Shown one piece after another: positions 18,308 to 28,835 of a stretch of DNA of 64,000 nucleotides (positions are counted from its first letter, which is position 1; the number at the start of each line of letters is the position of its first letter). This stretch comes from a virus. Lineage: Duplodnaviria > Caudoviricetes. The position numbers were made by a program, and so were the translations under genes. Location of the stretch: IMG/VR virus record IMGVR_UViG_3300032280_000800, positions 47,750 to 111,749 of that record. One strand, written 5' to 3'. Below the pieces are notes generated by a model. The model was not told the origin of the DNA. It made no database searches and worked only from the letters and a program-made list of their open reading frames with translations.

Positions 18308-19921
18308 ATGACCAATAATAAAAAACGAATACTATTCTGTACAGAGTCTACACATATTAGATCTGGCTATGGTAACTACACTAGATCTATTCTTGATAGA
18401 CTATTTGCAACTCAAAAATATGAGATAGCTGAATTATCTTGTTACCGAACCGTTAATCAGGATAAGGACTGTCCTTGGAAGGTTTATCCAAATGCAGTAG
18501 AAAAGGAAGACCAAAGATTTCAGCAGTATAGTTCTAATGCTAATAATGGTTTTGGTCAATGGAGATTTGATATTGTTGCTGGACATTTCAAACCAGATAT
18601 AGTTATTGATTTTCGTGACATATTTATGACTGTTTTTGAAAGAACATCTGTATTTAGAAATAAATTTCATTGGGTGTTAGCGCCAACTATTGATTCTTTT
18701 CCAATAAAACATGAATGGTTAGAGTTATTAAAAAATTGTGATACGTTATTAACACATACTAACTGGGCAAAAGAAGTCATAGAGAAATCGCATGGAATAA
18801 GTGTGTCTGGTGTTGTTAAAGACTCTATAGATACCAATAACTTTAAACCTAAAAATAAGATTCAGTGTAGAAATGAACTTGATTTGGATTTGGACGCTTT
18901 TATTGTGGGTTCTGTGATGAGAAACCAAAAAAGAAAGCTGATACCAGACCTATTTAAGATCATAAGTAATCTAAAATATAAATTTAATCAGAATATCTTT
19001 TTGTATATGCACACAAGCTATCCCGAAACTATGGGTTGGGATATTCCCGATTTATTATTAGAGCATAAAATATATGATAATGTAATATTCACATATGTTT
19101 GTAAAAAATGTAAATACTGGAAGCCAATGAAATGGAAGGGTTCTCAGAGTATATGTCCAAAATGTTCTCAGAGACAGATGACATTAGCTAGTGTTACAAA
19201 TGGAATATCGGATAACGACTTATGTAAAATATACAATACTTTAGATATTTATGTGCAATATTCTATCTGTGAAGGATTCGGTATACCTCCACTAGAAGCT
19301 GCTTCATGCGGTATTCCTTTTATAACAGTGGATCACGGAGCAATGGCAGAACTTGCTGATGATTTATATGGACTCAAGGTTCCATTGGCTGGATTATTTA
19401 GGGATCAAGAAATTGGTTCTGACAGAGCCTATCCCTCCAATGAAGATTGTGTAGAGTTAATTCTAAAAATTAAAGAAATGTCTTTATCAGATAAAGCATC
19501 TCTCTCTAGTAAGCAGTTAGAAAAAGTATCAAAAGAATACTCCTGGGATATTACTGCTAAGGAGTTTGAAAAAATTATTGATGCTATAAATATATCAGAC
19601 ACAAATAGGTGGTCTCATATACCAAATACGTACTTCACAGATGTGCCCAAAAACACACAAGAAACTAAAAATAATAGAGAATTTGTATATAGTGTGGTTG
19701 ATGATATTTTAGAAACCCCAGAACTAAAACATAGTTTTTTCATACAACATCTTATTATGGCATTAGATAATGGATATGTCATGTCTGATAAAAATATTAT
19801 CCCATACACACAAAAAGATGCTCTTAAAACACTAGAAATGTGGTTTAATAATAAAATTATGCTAAATAGATTTTTAGAAGACAATAGTATTGTAGCACAA
19901 AATGATTTTCTTAATTATTAA
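18308..19921 (+). CDS. GT-B (GT4-like) glycosyltransferase with zinc-ribbon insertion
   Basis: SGYG N-terminal motif, RNQKRK, EGFGIPPLEAASCG, YSWD; internal CKKC...CPKC. Confidence 0.88.
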   Translation: MTNNKKRILFCTESTHIRSGYGNYTRSILDRLFATQKYEIAELSCYRTVNQDKDCPWKVYPNAVEKEDQRFQQYSSNANNGFGQWRFDIVAGHFKPDIVIDFRDIFMTVFERTSVFRNKFHWVLAPTIDSFPIKHEWLELLKNCDTLLTHTNWAKEVIEKSHGISVSGVVKDSIDTNNFKPKNKIQCRNELDLDLDAFIVGSVMRNQKRKLIPDLFKIISNLKYKFNQNIFLYMHTSYPETMGWDIPDLLLEHKIYDNVIFTYVCKKCKYWKPMKWKGSQSICPKCSQRQMTLASVTNGISDNDLCKIYNTLDIYVQYSICEGFGIPPLEAASCGIPFITVDHGAMAELADDLYGLKVPLAGLFRDQEIGSDRAYPSNEDCVELILKIKEMSLSDKASLSSKQLEKVSKEYSWDITAKEFEKIIDAINISDTNRWSHIPNTYFTDVPKNTQETKNNREFVYSVVDDILETPELKHSFFIQHLIMALDNGYVMSDKNIIPYTQKDALKTLEMWFNNKIMLNRFLEDNSIVAQNDFLNY

Positions 19922-19926
19922 TTAAT

Positions 19927-21036
19927 ATGAAAAATATACTATATATAGGACCATATAAAGAAAATACCGGCATGGGAAGGTCTTCCAGAAGGTATATAGA
20001 TGCACTAGGATATAACTTTGATATTAATCTAAGTATAAGACCCGTATATTTTACTCCTTACCTAGATACTAACAATGAGTCTGGTAAAGACTATAGTGAG
20101 TTTGAAGATAATAGTAGCTCCTACTACGACATGATTATTCAGCATGGGGTGCCTAATTGTTTTGAATATAGATCCGAATTTGGTGAAAATGTAGTTATTA
20201 CTGATATTGATACACTTGGTATAGGGCATACTGGATGGATAGATAGAATTAATATGATGGATAGAGTAATAGTTCAATCAGAATGGTCTAAAAAATCTTT
20301 AATTCAAGCTGGTCTATCAACAAAAGTACAGGTATTGCCAGAACCCTTTGATTTAACTAAATTTCATCAATCCTATGACACACTATTTGCTAATCCAAAT
20401 AATGATTTTGTATTTTATTATATAGGTAAACACCAAGATAAAAATAATATTAAAGCTTTATTAGCAGCATTTTTTTTAGAATTTAAAAAACATGATGATG
20501 TAAAACTAATTATTAAAACAAATATGGATGGTTTTGATCATCAAGAAGTAGAAAAAATTATAACATACGATATACAACAAGTAGAGCGAACACTAAGAGT
20601 TAACAGTAAACATGTTCAAGCTCCGCATGTCGTTATAGGATACTATGAACAAGAGTACATGATGAGACTACATAATCAGTGTAGCTGTTACGTTAATGTT
20701 TGTCGCTGCGAGTCGTTTGGGGCTAGTGCTATAGAATCTATGTTGTTTAATAATTTAGCTATAGTAAATTCTGGAATAGGATCTAATACATATATAAATA
20801 AATATAATGGATTAGAAATAGACAGTATACTAACAAATGTATATAGTAAAGATTTTTATATGGAAAATACATACACTATATATGAACAATGGAGAGAACC
20901 ATATTTGGACTCAATCAGAGAACAAATGAGAAAAGCTTATGAAACAACAGAGAGTGAAAAAAAACAAAAGCTTAGTAATTTTGATAAACAACAGTTTTCA
21001 GAATCATCTTTTATAGAAAGTCTTTTACATAAATGA
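19927..21036 (+). CDS. GT-B (GT4-like) glycosyltransferase
   Basis: TGMG N-terminal motif, KNNIKALL, RCESFGASAIESM. Confidence 0.82.
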   Translation: MKNILYIGPYKENTGMGRSSRRYIDALGYNFDINLSIRPVYFTPYLDTNNESGKDYSEFEDNSSSYYDMIIQHGVPNCFEYRSEFGENVVITDIDTLGIGHTGWIDRINMMDRVIVQSEWSKKSLIQAGLSTKVQVLPEPFDLTKFHQSYDTLFANPNNDFVFYYIGKHQDKNNIKALLAAFFLEFKKHDDVKLIIKTNMDGFDHQEVEKIITYDIQQVERTLRVNSKHVQAPHVVIGYYEQEYMMRLHNQCSCYVNVCRCESFGASAIESMLFNNLAIVNSGIGSNTYINKYNGLEIDSILTNVYSKDFYMENTYTIYEQWREPYLDSIREQMRKAYETTESEKKQKLSNFDKQQFSESSFIESLLHK

Positions 21037-21503
21037 ACTCTATTACTGGTATATTATCAAGAGAATTTATAAACGAAAATAGTTTATTGAATATACTGTG
21101 GACACCATCTGAAAATATGATTTTTGAGCAAACTATCAGGAAACTGAAATATAACTTGGTCGGTTTTGATCATTTATATTTTGGTCAAGATGTACCGCAC
21201 TTGATTATATGTAATAATAAAATTTTATTTTATGAAAAATGTAAGAATATTTCTATTCAGTTTCATACCCCAGTTTTACTGATTGATCATTCATTAAAAC
21301 CAAAAGAATTATCAAATGAAGAAATTAATCCATATGCATATGATTTTCCATCGGCTTATACAATAGCGGCTAATGAAAAAATTGCACAATCATGGTCTAT
21401 GCAGTATAATAAAGTATTAGAAAAGAACGATATGACCGATACTAATCTATGGCGTAATATATTTTTTCAAACTTCAAAAATGGTTTTTAAATACTATGGA
21501 TAA
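21033..21503 (+). CDS. hypothetical protein (possible degenerate glycosyltransferase domain)
   Basis: 156-aa ORF in the GT operon with Rossmann-like alternation; no catalytic motif recognised. Confidence 0.5.
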   Translation: MNSITGILSREFINENSLLNILWTPSENMIFEQTIRKLKYNLVGFDHLYFGQDVPHLIICNNKILFYEKCKNISIQFHTPVLLIDHSLKPKELSNEEINPYAYDFPSAYTIAANEKIAQSWSMQYNKVLEKNDMTDTNLWRNIFFQTSKMVFKYYG

Positions 21504-21915
21504 TTCTATACTATTTCATATCTCAGATCAAGAACTATCACCAACAAAAAGTACATATGACAATATTTCAAATATAGATAACTATGAGAATAATTCTATC
21601 AAAGAAATAGTTTATCAAGATTTATGCGACTATTGTACAGAAGAAGAGGTTGGAATTCTATTTAAAAAAGCTTATAATAAGCTAATAAGTTCTGGTGTTT
21701 TACATGTACAAGGCTCAGATTTTCGTCAGCTTGGCATTGCTATTACGTTTAATATGGTTGACGAAGGCGTATTGAAAAGGGTTCTCTATCCTAATAAAAA
21801 ATCTATCCATACAATGTCTGAAATACTAGACAAATTAAAGTCTTTAGGATTTAAAATTAGTAATAAAAAATATATTAATGTATTTGAATATTATATCAAA
21901 TGTTATAAAGAATAA
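21496..21915 (+). CDS. truncated/degenerate SAM-methyltransferase-like protein
   Basis: 'NSIKEI...LFKKAYNKLISSGVLHVQGSD' resembles the L-kpgG-l segment of Methyltransf_11-type folds; motif I is absent. Confidence 0.45.
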   Translation: MDNSILFHISDQELSPTKSTYDNISNIDNYENNSIKEIVYQDLCDYCTEEEVGILFKKAYNKLISSGVLHVQGSDFRQLGIAITFNMVDEGVLKRVLYPNKKSIHTMSEILDKLKSLGFKISNKKYINVFEYYIKCYKE

Positions 21916-21918
21916 TTT

Positions 21919-22611
21919 ATGTATTACATACTAGTGGCATCTATGCCAGATAAATCAATGAAATACACAAATAAAGCATTAATTAAAATATATAAAGACA
22001 TATTTATTAACCATCAAATTAAAAATTTATTAAAAGTTAATATACGCTCTAAAATTTTGGTGGTTTGTGCATTTGAAAGCAAGAGAATAATCGGACATGT
22101 CATCAAAAATAAAAGAGTAACGTATATTAACCATGAGTACAATGAATACTCTAATATAGGCGAATCGATTAAAGAAGCCATTAAAACAATACCAGATGAT
22201 CAGGATATTACCATAATTAATTTATCTATGGTGATAGATCCAAAGATTATGAAACAAATCAAACCAAAGAACTCCTCTATCATAAAAAGTGACTCTACTA
22301 AATTTAAATCTAAAATAGGATGTACTCATGACCCAAACAATAATGTTGAGTTTATCTTTTATGATTTAGAACATAAAATATGTGAGTATCTATATATTCA
22401 TAAAAAAGATACTAAAATATTCAAGAATATAGTACAAAACCATATAAAAGACAATATGTATTTATTTGAAATTATTAACACTATGATTCATCATAAAATG
22501 AAAATTAGTATGGAAACCATTAAGTCTAATATTATAAACTTCACTAATATAGACCAGCTACCTTATATCAAAACACTATTTAAAAAAATAAATAATGCTA
22601 CCACTGTATAA
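21919..22611 (+). CDS. degenerate nucleotidyltransferase (LicC/GlmU/MobA-like NTP transferase fold)
   Basis: YILVAS...MK..NKALIKI, NHEYNEYSNIGESI resemble NTP-transferase N-terminal motifs, but the canonical glycines are lost. Confidence 0.55.
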   Translation: MYYILVASMPDKSMKYTNKALIKIYKDIFINHQIKNLLKVNIRSKILVVCAFESKRIIGHVIKNKRVTYINHEYNEYSNIGESIKEAIKTIPDDQDITIINLSMVIDPKIMKQIKPKNSSIIKSDSTKFKSKIGCTHDPNNNVEFIFYDLEHKICEYLYIHKKDTKIFKNIVQNHIKDNMYLFEIINTMIHHKMKISMETIKSNIINFTNIDQLPYIKTLFKKINNATTV

Positions 22612-22912
22612 GCAATATATCTATAAAGAAGACCTAGCCTTTATTGATTTATATAAACAGCTATGCAAAGATCTCAATAAAGACCCAATTCTTTTTGTTG
22701 ATCAGTACCATGCTGTTCCAGATATGGCAGTATTTCATTCTCTATATGTTACTAAAGTTTTAAAATCATCAGACATTATTTTAGTTTCATCAAAAAAAGA
22801 TTCTGATATTATACTATCATTTAATATACCAAATGTACAAATAATTACTATCGATCCAACCCAACGTAAAGAAACTATTGTTTTACAAATAAAAAGGAAA
22901 TTAAATGAATAA
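22595..22912 (+). CDS. hypothetical protein
   Basis: 105-aa ORF overlapping its neighbours. Confidence 0.55.
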   Translation: MLPLYKQYIYKEDLAFIDLYKQLCKDLNKDPILFVDQYHAVPDMAVFHSLYVTKVLKSSDIILVSSKKDSDIILSFNIPNVQIITIDPTQRKETIVLQIKRKLNE

Positions 22913-23699
22913 ATATGACCAGTTAACAGATGAAGCTAAAAAAGACATAATAAATAAATTATATTGCCAAGAAAATTTAAGCTTTAAAGACATTGCTATA
23001 AAGTATGATACGTATACTAATAAGATCTTAAGGGATGCAAAAAAGTTTGGTATAAAAATTAAAAATAAATCAGAGGCACAAAAAAATGCTCTTAAAACAG
23101 GAAAACATAAACATCCAACCAAGGGCAGGCAAAGATCAGATGCTGAGAAACACAGTATTGGCGTATCTGTTATGAAAAACTGGGCATCGTTAGATGATCA
23201 ACAAAGAGAACAAAAAAAATCAGTATACAAAGATTTGTGGGATAAAAAAAGCGATGATGAAAAAGCTAATATGTTGCATAAAGCTAACGTGGCCGTTAGA
23301 CAAAGTAGTAAACTAGGGTCAAAACTAGAACACTTTATTCTAAAGTTTCTGGTGAAAAACAATTTCAAAACAGAGTTTCATAAGGAACAACTGCTAGCAA
23401 ATACAAAGTTGCAAATTGATATTTTTTTGCCTACCATGAATATAGCCATTGAGATTGATGGACCATCGCATTTTGTTCCTGTGTGGGGGGAAGAGGTACT
23501 GAATAAAAATATAGCTTATGATAAAAAGAAAGCGGGACTATTGATCGGTAAAGGCTATAAGTTAATCAGAGTCAAACAAACAAAAGATTTTTCTAAAGCT
23601 AGGGCTAATATACTTTGTGATAAACTTTTAAGTGCTATTACAGAAATACAAGATACAGTTACTACTAATATAATAGAAATAGGAGATTTGGATGGCTAA
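22905..23699 (+). CDS. DUF559-type endonuclease with NUMOD-like DNA-binding repeats (homing-endonuclease-like)
   Basis: N-terminal HTH-like LSFKDIA, KGRQRSDAEK..IG NUMOD3-like segment, SKLE, QIDIF..IAIEIDGPSH, YD..K..GYKLIR. Confidence 0.75.
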   Translation: MNKYDQLTDEAKKDIINKLYCQENLSFKDIAIKYDTYTNKILRDAKKFGIKIKNKSEAQKNALKTGKHKHPTKGRQRSDAEKHSIGVSVMKNWASLDDQQREQKKSVYKDLWDKKSDDEKANMLHKANVAVRQSSKLGSKLEHFILKFLVKNNFKTEFHKEQLLANTKLQIDIFLPTMNIAIEIDGPSHFVPVWGEEVLNKNIAYDKKKAGLLIGKGYKLIRVKQTKDFSKARANILCDKLLSAITEIQDTVTTNIIEIGDLDG

Positions 23700-24426
23700 A
23701 ACAAAAAATGTTGACGTTGCAACAAATGATACAGTGTCTGAGGCACCAGTAGTTACAAAAGTTAGTATCGGAGATATCGAGTGGACTGATTTTGTATTAC
23801 ATCAGTTGTCCGATGATGAGAAAATCCAGGGTAATCCTACTACTGATGGTTTGCGTAGAGTTTTTGAAAGAGTTATGAATTGTACTGTAATCCAATCAGA
23901 CTCTACTGTCGTACAATCCCCCGAGCCTTCAAATGAAAAGCGGGCATCTGTTGTACATTCATTAACATGGTATGATTTAAATTCAGAAACCGATGATGCT
24001 TGTAAAATTAAAACGGTGAGTGGGGCTGCTGATGTATATTGGGGTAATTGTGATAAAGCATATCGCAATCATCCGGTAGCTGTAGCAGAAACAAGGGCTG
24101 AGGGACGAGCTTTAAGAAGAGCTATGAGATTAAGAAAAGTTGTAGCAGCAGAGGAGCTTGCTGAAAATATTGAGGATGATATTAGTGGTGATAATGTAAC
24201 AAAAATTACTAATAATCAAATCAATTTTATTGATGTATTAGCTAAAAGATTAGATATTAACGTATTAGAATTGCTTAAAACTATCAATATAGATAATAGT
24301 AATATTAAAAATATATTGCATCATGATGCTCTAAGTGTTATTAGAGAATTGTCATCTTATCAACAAAAGACAGATGGCATTCCGGATAATGTTAAAGGGT
24401 ATCTAAATAACTGGAGTATCATATGA
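23692..24426 (+). CDS. putative Rad52/Sak-like ssDNA-annealing protein
   Basis: GAAD...AVAETRAEGRALRRAM and a C-terminal ITNNQINFI helix resemble phage Rad52-like annealases. Confidence 0.5.
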   Translation: MAKTKNVDVATNDTVSEAPVVTKVSIGDIEWTDFVLHQLSDDEKIQGNPTTDGLRRVFERVMNCTVIQSDSTVVQSPEPSNEKRASVVHSLTWYDLNSETDDACKIKTVSGAADVYWGNCDKAYRNHPVAVAETRAEGRALRRAMRLRKVVAAEELAENIEDDISGDNVTKITNNQINFIDVLAKRLDINVLELLKTINIDNSNIKNILHHDALSVIRELSSYQQKTDGIPDNVKGYLNNWSII

Positions 24427-24752
24427 AAGTAAAATATAAAGTTGGAGATAAATTAGAGTTTGAACTTGAGGGTGCTGGCCAAAAAGAAATTTTCAAAGAG
24501 CTGGCAACTATTCAAGAAATTTTTGCAGAAGAGAAATGTGGATTGTGTGGTAGTACTAACCTACGATTTGTAGTTAGGAATGTTGAAGGGAATGATTACT
24601 ACGAATTAAGATGTAATGAGTGCGGAGCTGTTCTTGCTTTTGGACAGCATAAGAAGGGCGGGACACTATTTCCCAAACGAAAAGACGATGACAATAAGTA
24701 CTTGCCAAATCATGGATGGCATAAGTGGCAGGGGAATAAAGAAAAAGAGTGA
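24423..24752 (+). CDS. zinc-ribbon hypothetical protein
   Basis: CGLCGS...RCNECGA; last gene of the + arm. Confidence 0.7.
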   Translation: MKVKYKVGDKLEFELEGAGQKEIFKELATIQEIFAEEKCGLCGSTNLRFVVRNVEGNDYYELRCNECGAVLAFGQHKKGGTLFPKRKDDDNKYLPNHGWHKWQGNKEKE

Positions 24753-24754
24753 TG

Positions 24755-27700
24755 TTATATTTGGGGTGGCGGGGTATAGCACTCAACTATATCCTCCCAC
24801 ACCAAACAATCTGGACCACTAGTCTCTTGCTTATGTACTAGTGCTTGATGCTTACCTTCTTTGAAGTTTTTTAATGTCTTTAAGCATTCTAGATCGCACC
24901 AACAGTTGGTAGATAATGTAGGTGTTGGTTGGCTTGGCTGAGTTTGTGTCGAAATTGTTTCTGTTGTGCTTGTTGTAACGCAACATCCTTGATTTGGATC
25001 TTTGTACGCTCTATTACTTTCTAATACAATATATCTATTATCATCATAATAAGCATATACATGGTCACATTTACACAACGACACACCCAAGAAGTCATAA
25101 ACTTTAATCTTTGCTTTGTGTAGAGATCCTTTAATATTAGCTCCATCATTAGACCAAATAGAATATTCTTCATAAAATTTGATATTTCCAGCTTGCGGAT
25201 CAATTAACTCAGCCTCTGCTGTACCAAATGGTGATAAATTTGATAATAGTCTTGCTACTACAATCTTATTGGATGGAGGAGATACCCACACCCCACGCTC
25301 TCTATCCCAACGCAAATCAATAGGCCCAGCGGGCCATGTCTTGGGGTTAGAAAGCCAATTTTTTAAAAATTTGTCTTGCAACCCGTGTCTTCTAAATTTA
25401 CCCTTCTCTGCATGTGCAGCAGAGTCTATGGCGTTTGGAACAGGTTTCCCTGACGTGTCGTAACCCCAAGCTTGCAGCGTTAATGGGCCCCTTAAAGCAT
25501 TGTATCTAAAATTTGTTTGATCTTGTTTGGTGTTTTCAACAGCTTCTGAGTTTACAGTAGAAAAATCTATAGCTTTTTCTCCGTAGGTGATAACATTGGT
25601 TATAAATCCATCAGTACTGCCATTAATTCTACTTAACCAATCGCTAAGCATAGCTGTGGATGTAACACTATTCAAATACATTTGATGTATGGGTAAGTCA
25701 TACTGTAATATGTCGTTAAAATAAAATGGAGGAATTTCCAGACGAGGTTTTGAATTTGGGGCTCTTCCGTCACCCAATGCTGTAGAACTTTTGTCTTTAA
25801 ATTCTAAAAAACTACCTGAATAAGAATGGTACATAGCCAATCTGGGTAACTCTGCATCGGGATCATTTTCTTGATTAGTACTAATGGGACAATATAATAG
25901 GTCTAATGAATTAAGAGCAAATCTTTCAAAATGATTTTCTTTGAACCATGTGTTGTGTAAACTATCCTCTGTCATTACAACGTGCTGATTTTTATTATAA
26001 TTGCCAGGAGTTATTGTTGATGGGGCAGGGGTTACCTCTGGAGGAGCAATTGGTTTACACGGATTACAGGGCGGCGGTAAGGCTGGGGATGTGTCATAAT
26101 AATCCAAGCCTCCTCCACTATTATAGGTTCTAGTCTTAAGTCTATATCCACCATAAATAAATAAATTAGGAGTGTTTTGACCACCAGCGCCTTTGGTTTT
26201 TGAATCTGTTGTAACAACATCTCCAGAAGCACCTCTTTGATCTCTACGCAAACCTTTTTGTTTCTGAATTTCCGAACTAGTCTTATTTATTAACTCTTTT
26301 AGTTTTAGATTTTCTAGTTTAAAAAACTTATTAATATAAGACATAGACTTATAATTTCTAGTCCATAAATCAGATAAGTGTCTTCCTGGTCTACCAAACT
26401 TAGGAGTATATGTTTGAAAATTATATGTTGTTGTATAGCCACTTTCACCAATATTAATTTGTAGATCTGTTAGTGTTGCAGCATTTCCTCCAACTACGTA
26501 TCCTATTCCGTAGGATGGTAATGCTGCTACAGTGATAGATCCACTCTCTTGCTTTTGTAGTCCTCGTGGTCCATCACCAGCTATAAGGCCTCCATAATAG
26601 CTCATCGTATCATAACCATTATTCTGCAAATTAGAAAAATTCCATGGGGCTAATTCTCTTTCAACCGCTACTTCTGTTCCTCCAACAGGATTGGCCTGGA
26701 AAAACCATGGACCATAAACAAAAACATTACTCTTAAAAGGAAGGCAAAAACTATCTGGAGTAATTCTTGGTTTATTCATTTCAAAAATATTAAGATTACT
26801 AAATTCTAACATTAGTCCAGTATGATCTCCGTCAGCATCATCACATGCTGCTCGTCTTAGTGGTTCTATGAATTCATCGCCATGTAATGCTATAATTGCA
26901 ATAGCTCCATTAGAATCCAAAACATGTTTACATTCTTCAGAGTTTGGGGATAGTCCTAATTCACCAGGGCTATCTAATGTTACTAGTACGTATTGTTTAT
27001 TTTCAATTTTATATAATGATGGATCTATACTAGCTTTTACATATAGTTCCTCGTCAGTTTTTTGATAAAAATTTGTATCTCCAAGCTTACCAAGATCAAC
27101 ATCCCAAATAAGATTATATTTAGATATACCTAATGTTTTATTGAACTTAACAAAAGTTCCTATTCTATTATCATTTTCTGTGAATGGATATAGTTCTGGA
27201 CCAACAGACAAGCCCATAACTTGATTTTGAAACTTAGGCAGCCATCCACCAGCTATAGAAGGAGAGTCAGAACTATAAAATATTCCACCATCAGAATCTA
27301 CTTTTATTGTTCCAGATGGAACATTACCGAATCTATCTTTAACGCAAATTCCAACAGAAGAGTCTCCAACTTCAATTAAATATTTTTGACCATAATATTC
27401 ACTGTATATATTTGACAGCCAATTTCTAGCAATTTCTATTTTTGCTGTAATTTCTGGGGCTTGTCTTTTAATAAAGCTTTCAGATACTGCAAAAGCTTTG
27501 TGATCTAATAGGTCTGCGAATGCTTTAAGTGTATTTTCTGCAAACTCTGTCCAGTCTTCTCCTGCTAGTTCTTCAAAAACTTTAGTTCCTAATAGTTCTG
27601 TTTCTCCCCCAGCTTCTTCTCCTCCACCAAATGCCCTAGCACAATAACTTAGCCACATATTTGTAGATGTGCACGAAAGAAGCTCTGCCTCTGTAAGCTT

Positions 27701-27847
27701 GAAGGTTTTAAAATTCAAGTCCAAAGCCTGAGACAGAATAGAACAATCAAAATCCGGGTAGTTCAGATCATCGGGTTCTGTATAATATACTTTTAATCCA
27801 CTAGCTGTATATCTTTCGCCTAAATATTGATAAACATTACATGCCAT
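24755..27847 (-). CDS. large virion tail-tip/baseplate-region protein
   Basis: 1030 aa, downstream of the TMP, beta-rich, with LTDLQINIGESGYTTTYNF hub-like C-terminal strands. Assignment rests on synteny. Confidence 0.6.
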   Translation of the reverse strand: MACNVYQYLGERYTASGLKVYYTEPDDLNYPDFDCSILSQALDLNFKTFKLTEAELLSCTSTNMWLSYCARAFGGGEEAGGETELLGTKVFEELAGEDWTEFAENTLKAFADLLDHKAFAVSESFIKRQAPEITAKIEIARNWLSNIYSEYYGQKYLIEVGDSSVGICVKDRFGNVPSGTIKVDSDGGIFYSSDSPSIAGGWLPKFQNQVMGLSVGPELYPFTENDNRIGTFVKFNKTLGISKYNLIWDVDLGKLGDTNFYQKTDEELYVKASIDPSLYKIENKQYVLVTLDSPGELGLSPNSEECKHVLDSNGAIAIIALHGDEFIEPLRRAACDDADGDHTGLMLEFSNLNIFEMNKPRITPDSFCLPFKSNVFVYGPWFFQANPVGGTEVAVERELAPWNFSNLQNNGYDTMSYYGGLIAGDGPRGLQKQESGSITVAALPSYGIGYVVGGNAATLTDLQINIGESGYTTTYNFQTYTPKFGRPGRHLSDLWTRNYKSMSYINKFFKLENLKLKELINKTSSEIQKQKGLRRDQRGASGDVVTTDSKTKGAGGQNTPNLFIYGGYRLKTRTYNSGGGLDYYDTSPALPPPCNPCKPIAPPEVTPAPSTITPGNYNKNQHVVMTEDSLHNTWFKENHFERFALNSLDLLYCPISTNQENDPDAELPRLAMYHSYSGSFLEFKDKSSTALGDGRAPNSKPRLEIPPFYFNDILQYDLPIHQMYLNSVTSTAMLSDWLSRINGSTDGFITNVITYGEKAIDFSTVNSEAVENTKQDQTNFRYNALRGPLTLQAWGYDTSGKPVPNAIDSAAHAEKGKFRRHGLQDKFLKNWLSNPKTWPAGPIDLRWDRERGVWVSPPSNKIVVARLLSNLSPFGTAEAELIDPQAGNIKFYEEYSIWSNDGANIKGSLHKAKIKVYDFLGVSLCKCDHVYAYYDDNRYIVLESNRAYKDPNQGCCVTTSTTETISTQTQPSQPTPTLSTNCWCDLECLKTLKNFKEGKHQALVHKQETSGPDCLVWEDIVECYTPPPQI

Positions 27848-27857
27848 AATTTATTCC

Positions 27858-28835
27858 TTAGATAGGAGAGGGCGGTCCCGGAGGAGGAGGTACCGGTGGT
27901 GGAGGAACTGGTGGTGGAGGAGCTGGTGGAGGAGGAGACGGTGGCGGTGGTGGTGCGTATGGATCTTGTGTTGTGGGATCATTACCAACACCCCCTACAC
28001 CCCTGCCTCCTGTTGTAGGATTGCCTTCACAATTCTTATGTACCACCATGAGATAGTGTACATTTTCACCAATTACCAATTTTTTACTTGGCTCGTATGT
28101 TGTTTCTTCTCCATATCGATAGTCTACAGTACCACTACCTCCACAAGCGCTACTAGCAACAGCATTTAAAAAAGTACCAAGTGCTCCATCTGGTGGTACC
28201 GATCTTTTATCTATAGGTATAGCAGTAAACGTATTCCCTATAATAGTAACTATGAAATCACAACCAGCCTCATCACAAGCCTGACCGATGATGCTTAGTA
28301 CATTAGAACTTGTTTCACTAATTTTTAAATATGCTGGACATATGGCGATAATTGCTGATACATCTATGGACATCGTAACGCCACAAACTGGTAAAATACA
28401 AGGCTGTCCCTGTAAAGCATTTAAAACATATAACATCGGAATACCGAGATCGTCTTTTAAAGATGCCATAAAGTCTGAGCAGCCTAAATTACATACTGAT
28501 GGCTCAAGTAGTGCCAATACATTAATTAAATTAGGAGTATTAATATTACAATAATAATCATTCATTATAACAGATACGTTAGATAAGCTTTGTCTACCGT
28601 CTGTTAATCTAACATCCCAAATAAAACCCGAAGCCGATTGACTGTAAGTATGATCTGCTAATACTCCAGTAAAATTAAATCCTCCAACAGATATCGTATA
28701 AACACATCCTAAGGATCCATTGTATGGAGAACCACACTCAACTAATTTAAGACTCAGAGAAGACTCTTGTCCACCAAATCCTAAATTACATGTTAGATTA
28801 ACAATTTCGCAGCCAAAGGCTTTGGCACTAGGCAT
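27858..28835 (-). CDS. tail-tip hub-like protein with C-terminal polyproline tract
   Basis: 325 aa, beta-rich N-part (FTGVL..DGR), ends in PPPPPSPPPPAPPPPVPPPP; follows the TMP block. Confidence 0.6.
   Translation of the reverse strand: MPSAKAFGCEIVNLTCNLGFGGQESSLSLKLVECGSPYNGSLGCVYTISVGGFNFTGVLADHTYSQSASGFIWDVRLTDGRQSLSNVSVIMNDYYCNINTPNLINVLALLEPSVCNLGCSDFMASLKDDLGIPMLYVLNALQGQPCILPVCGVTMSIDVSAIIAICPAYLKISETSSNVLSIIGQACDEAGCDFIVTIIGNTFTAIPIDKRSVPPDGALGTFLNAVASSACGGSGTVDYRYGEETTYEPSKKLVIGENVHYLMVVHKNCEGNPTTGGRGVGGVGNDPTTQDPYAPPPPPSPPPPAPPPPVPPPPVPPPPGPPSPI
27866..27956 (-). repeat. polyproline-coding low-complexity repeat
   Basis: GGT/GGA/GGC triplet runs on the + strand. Confidence 0.85.
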
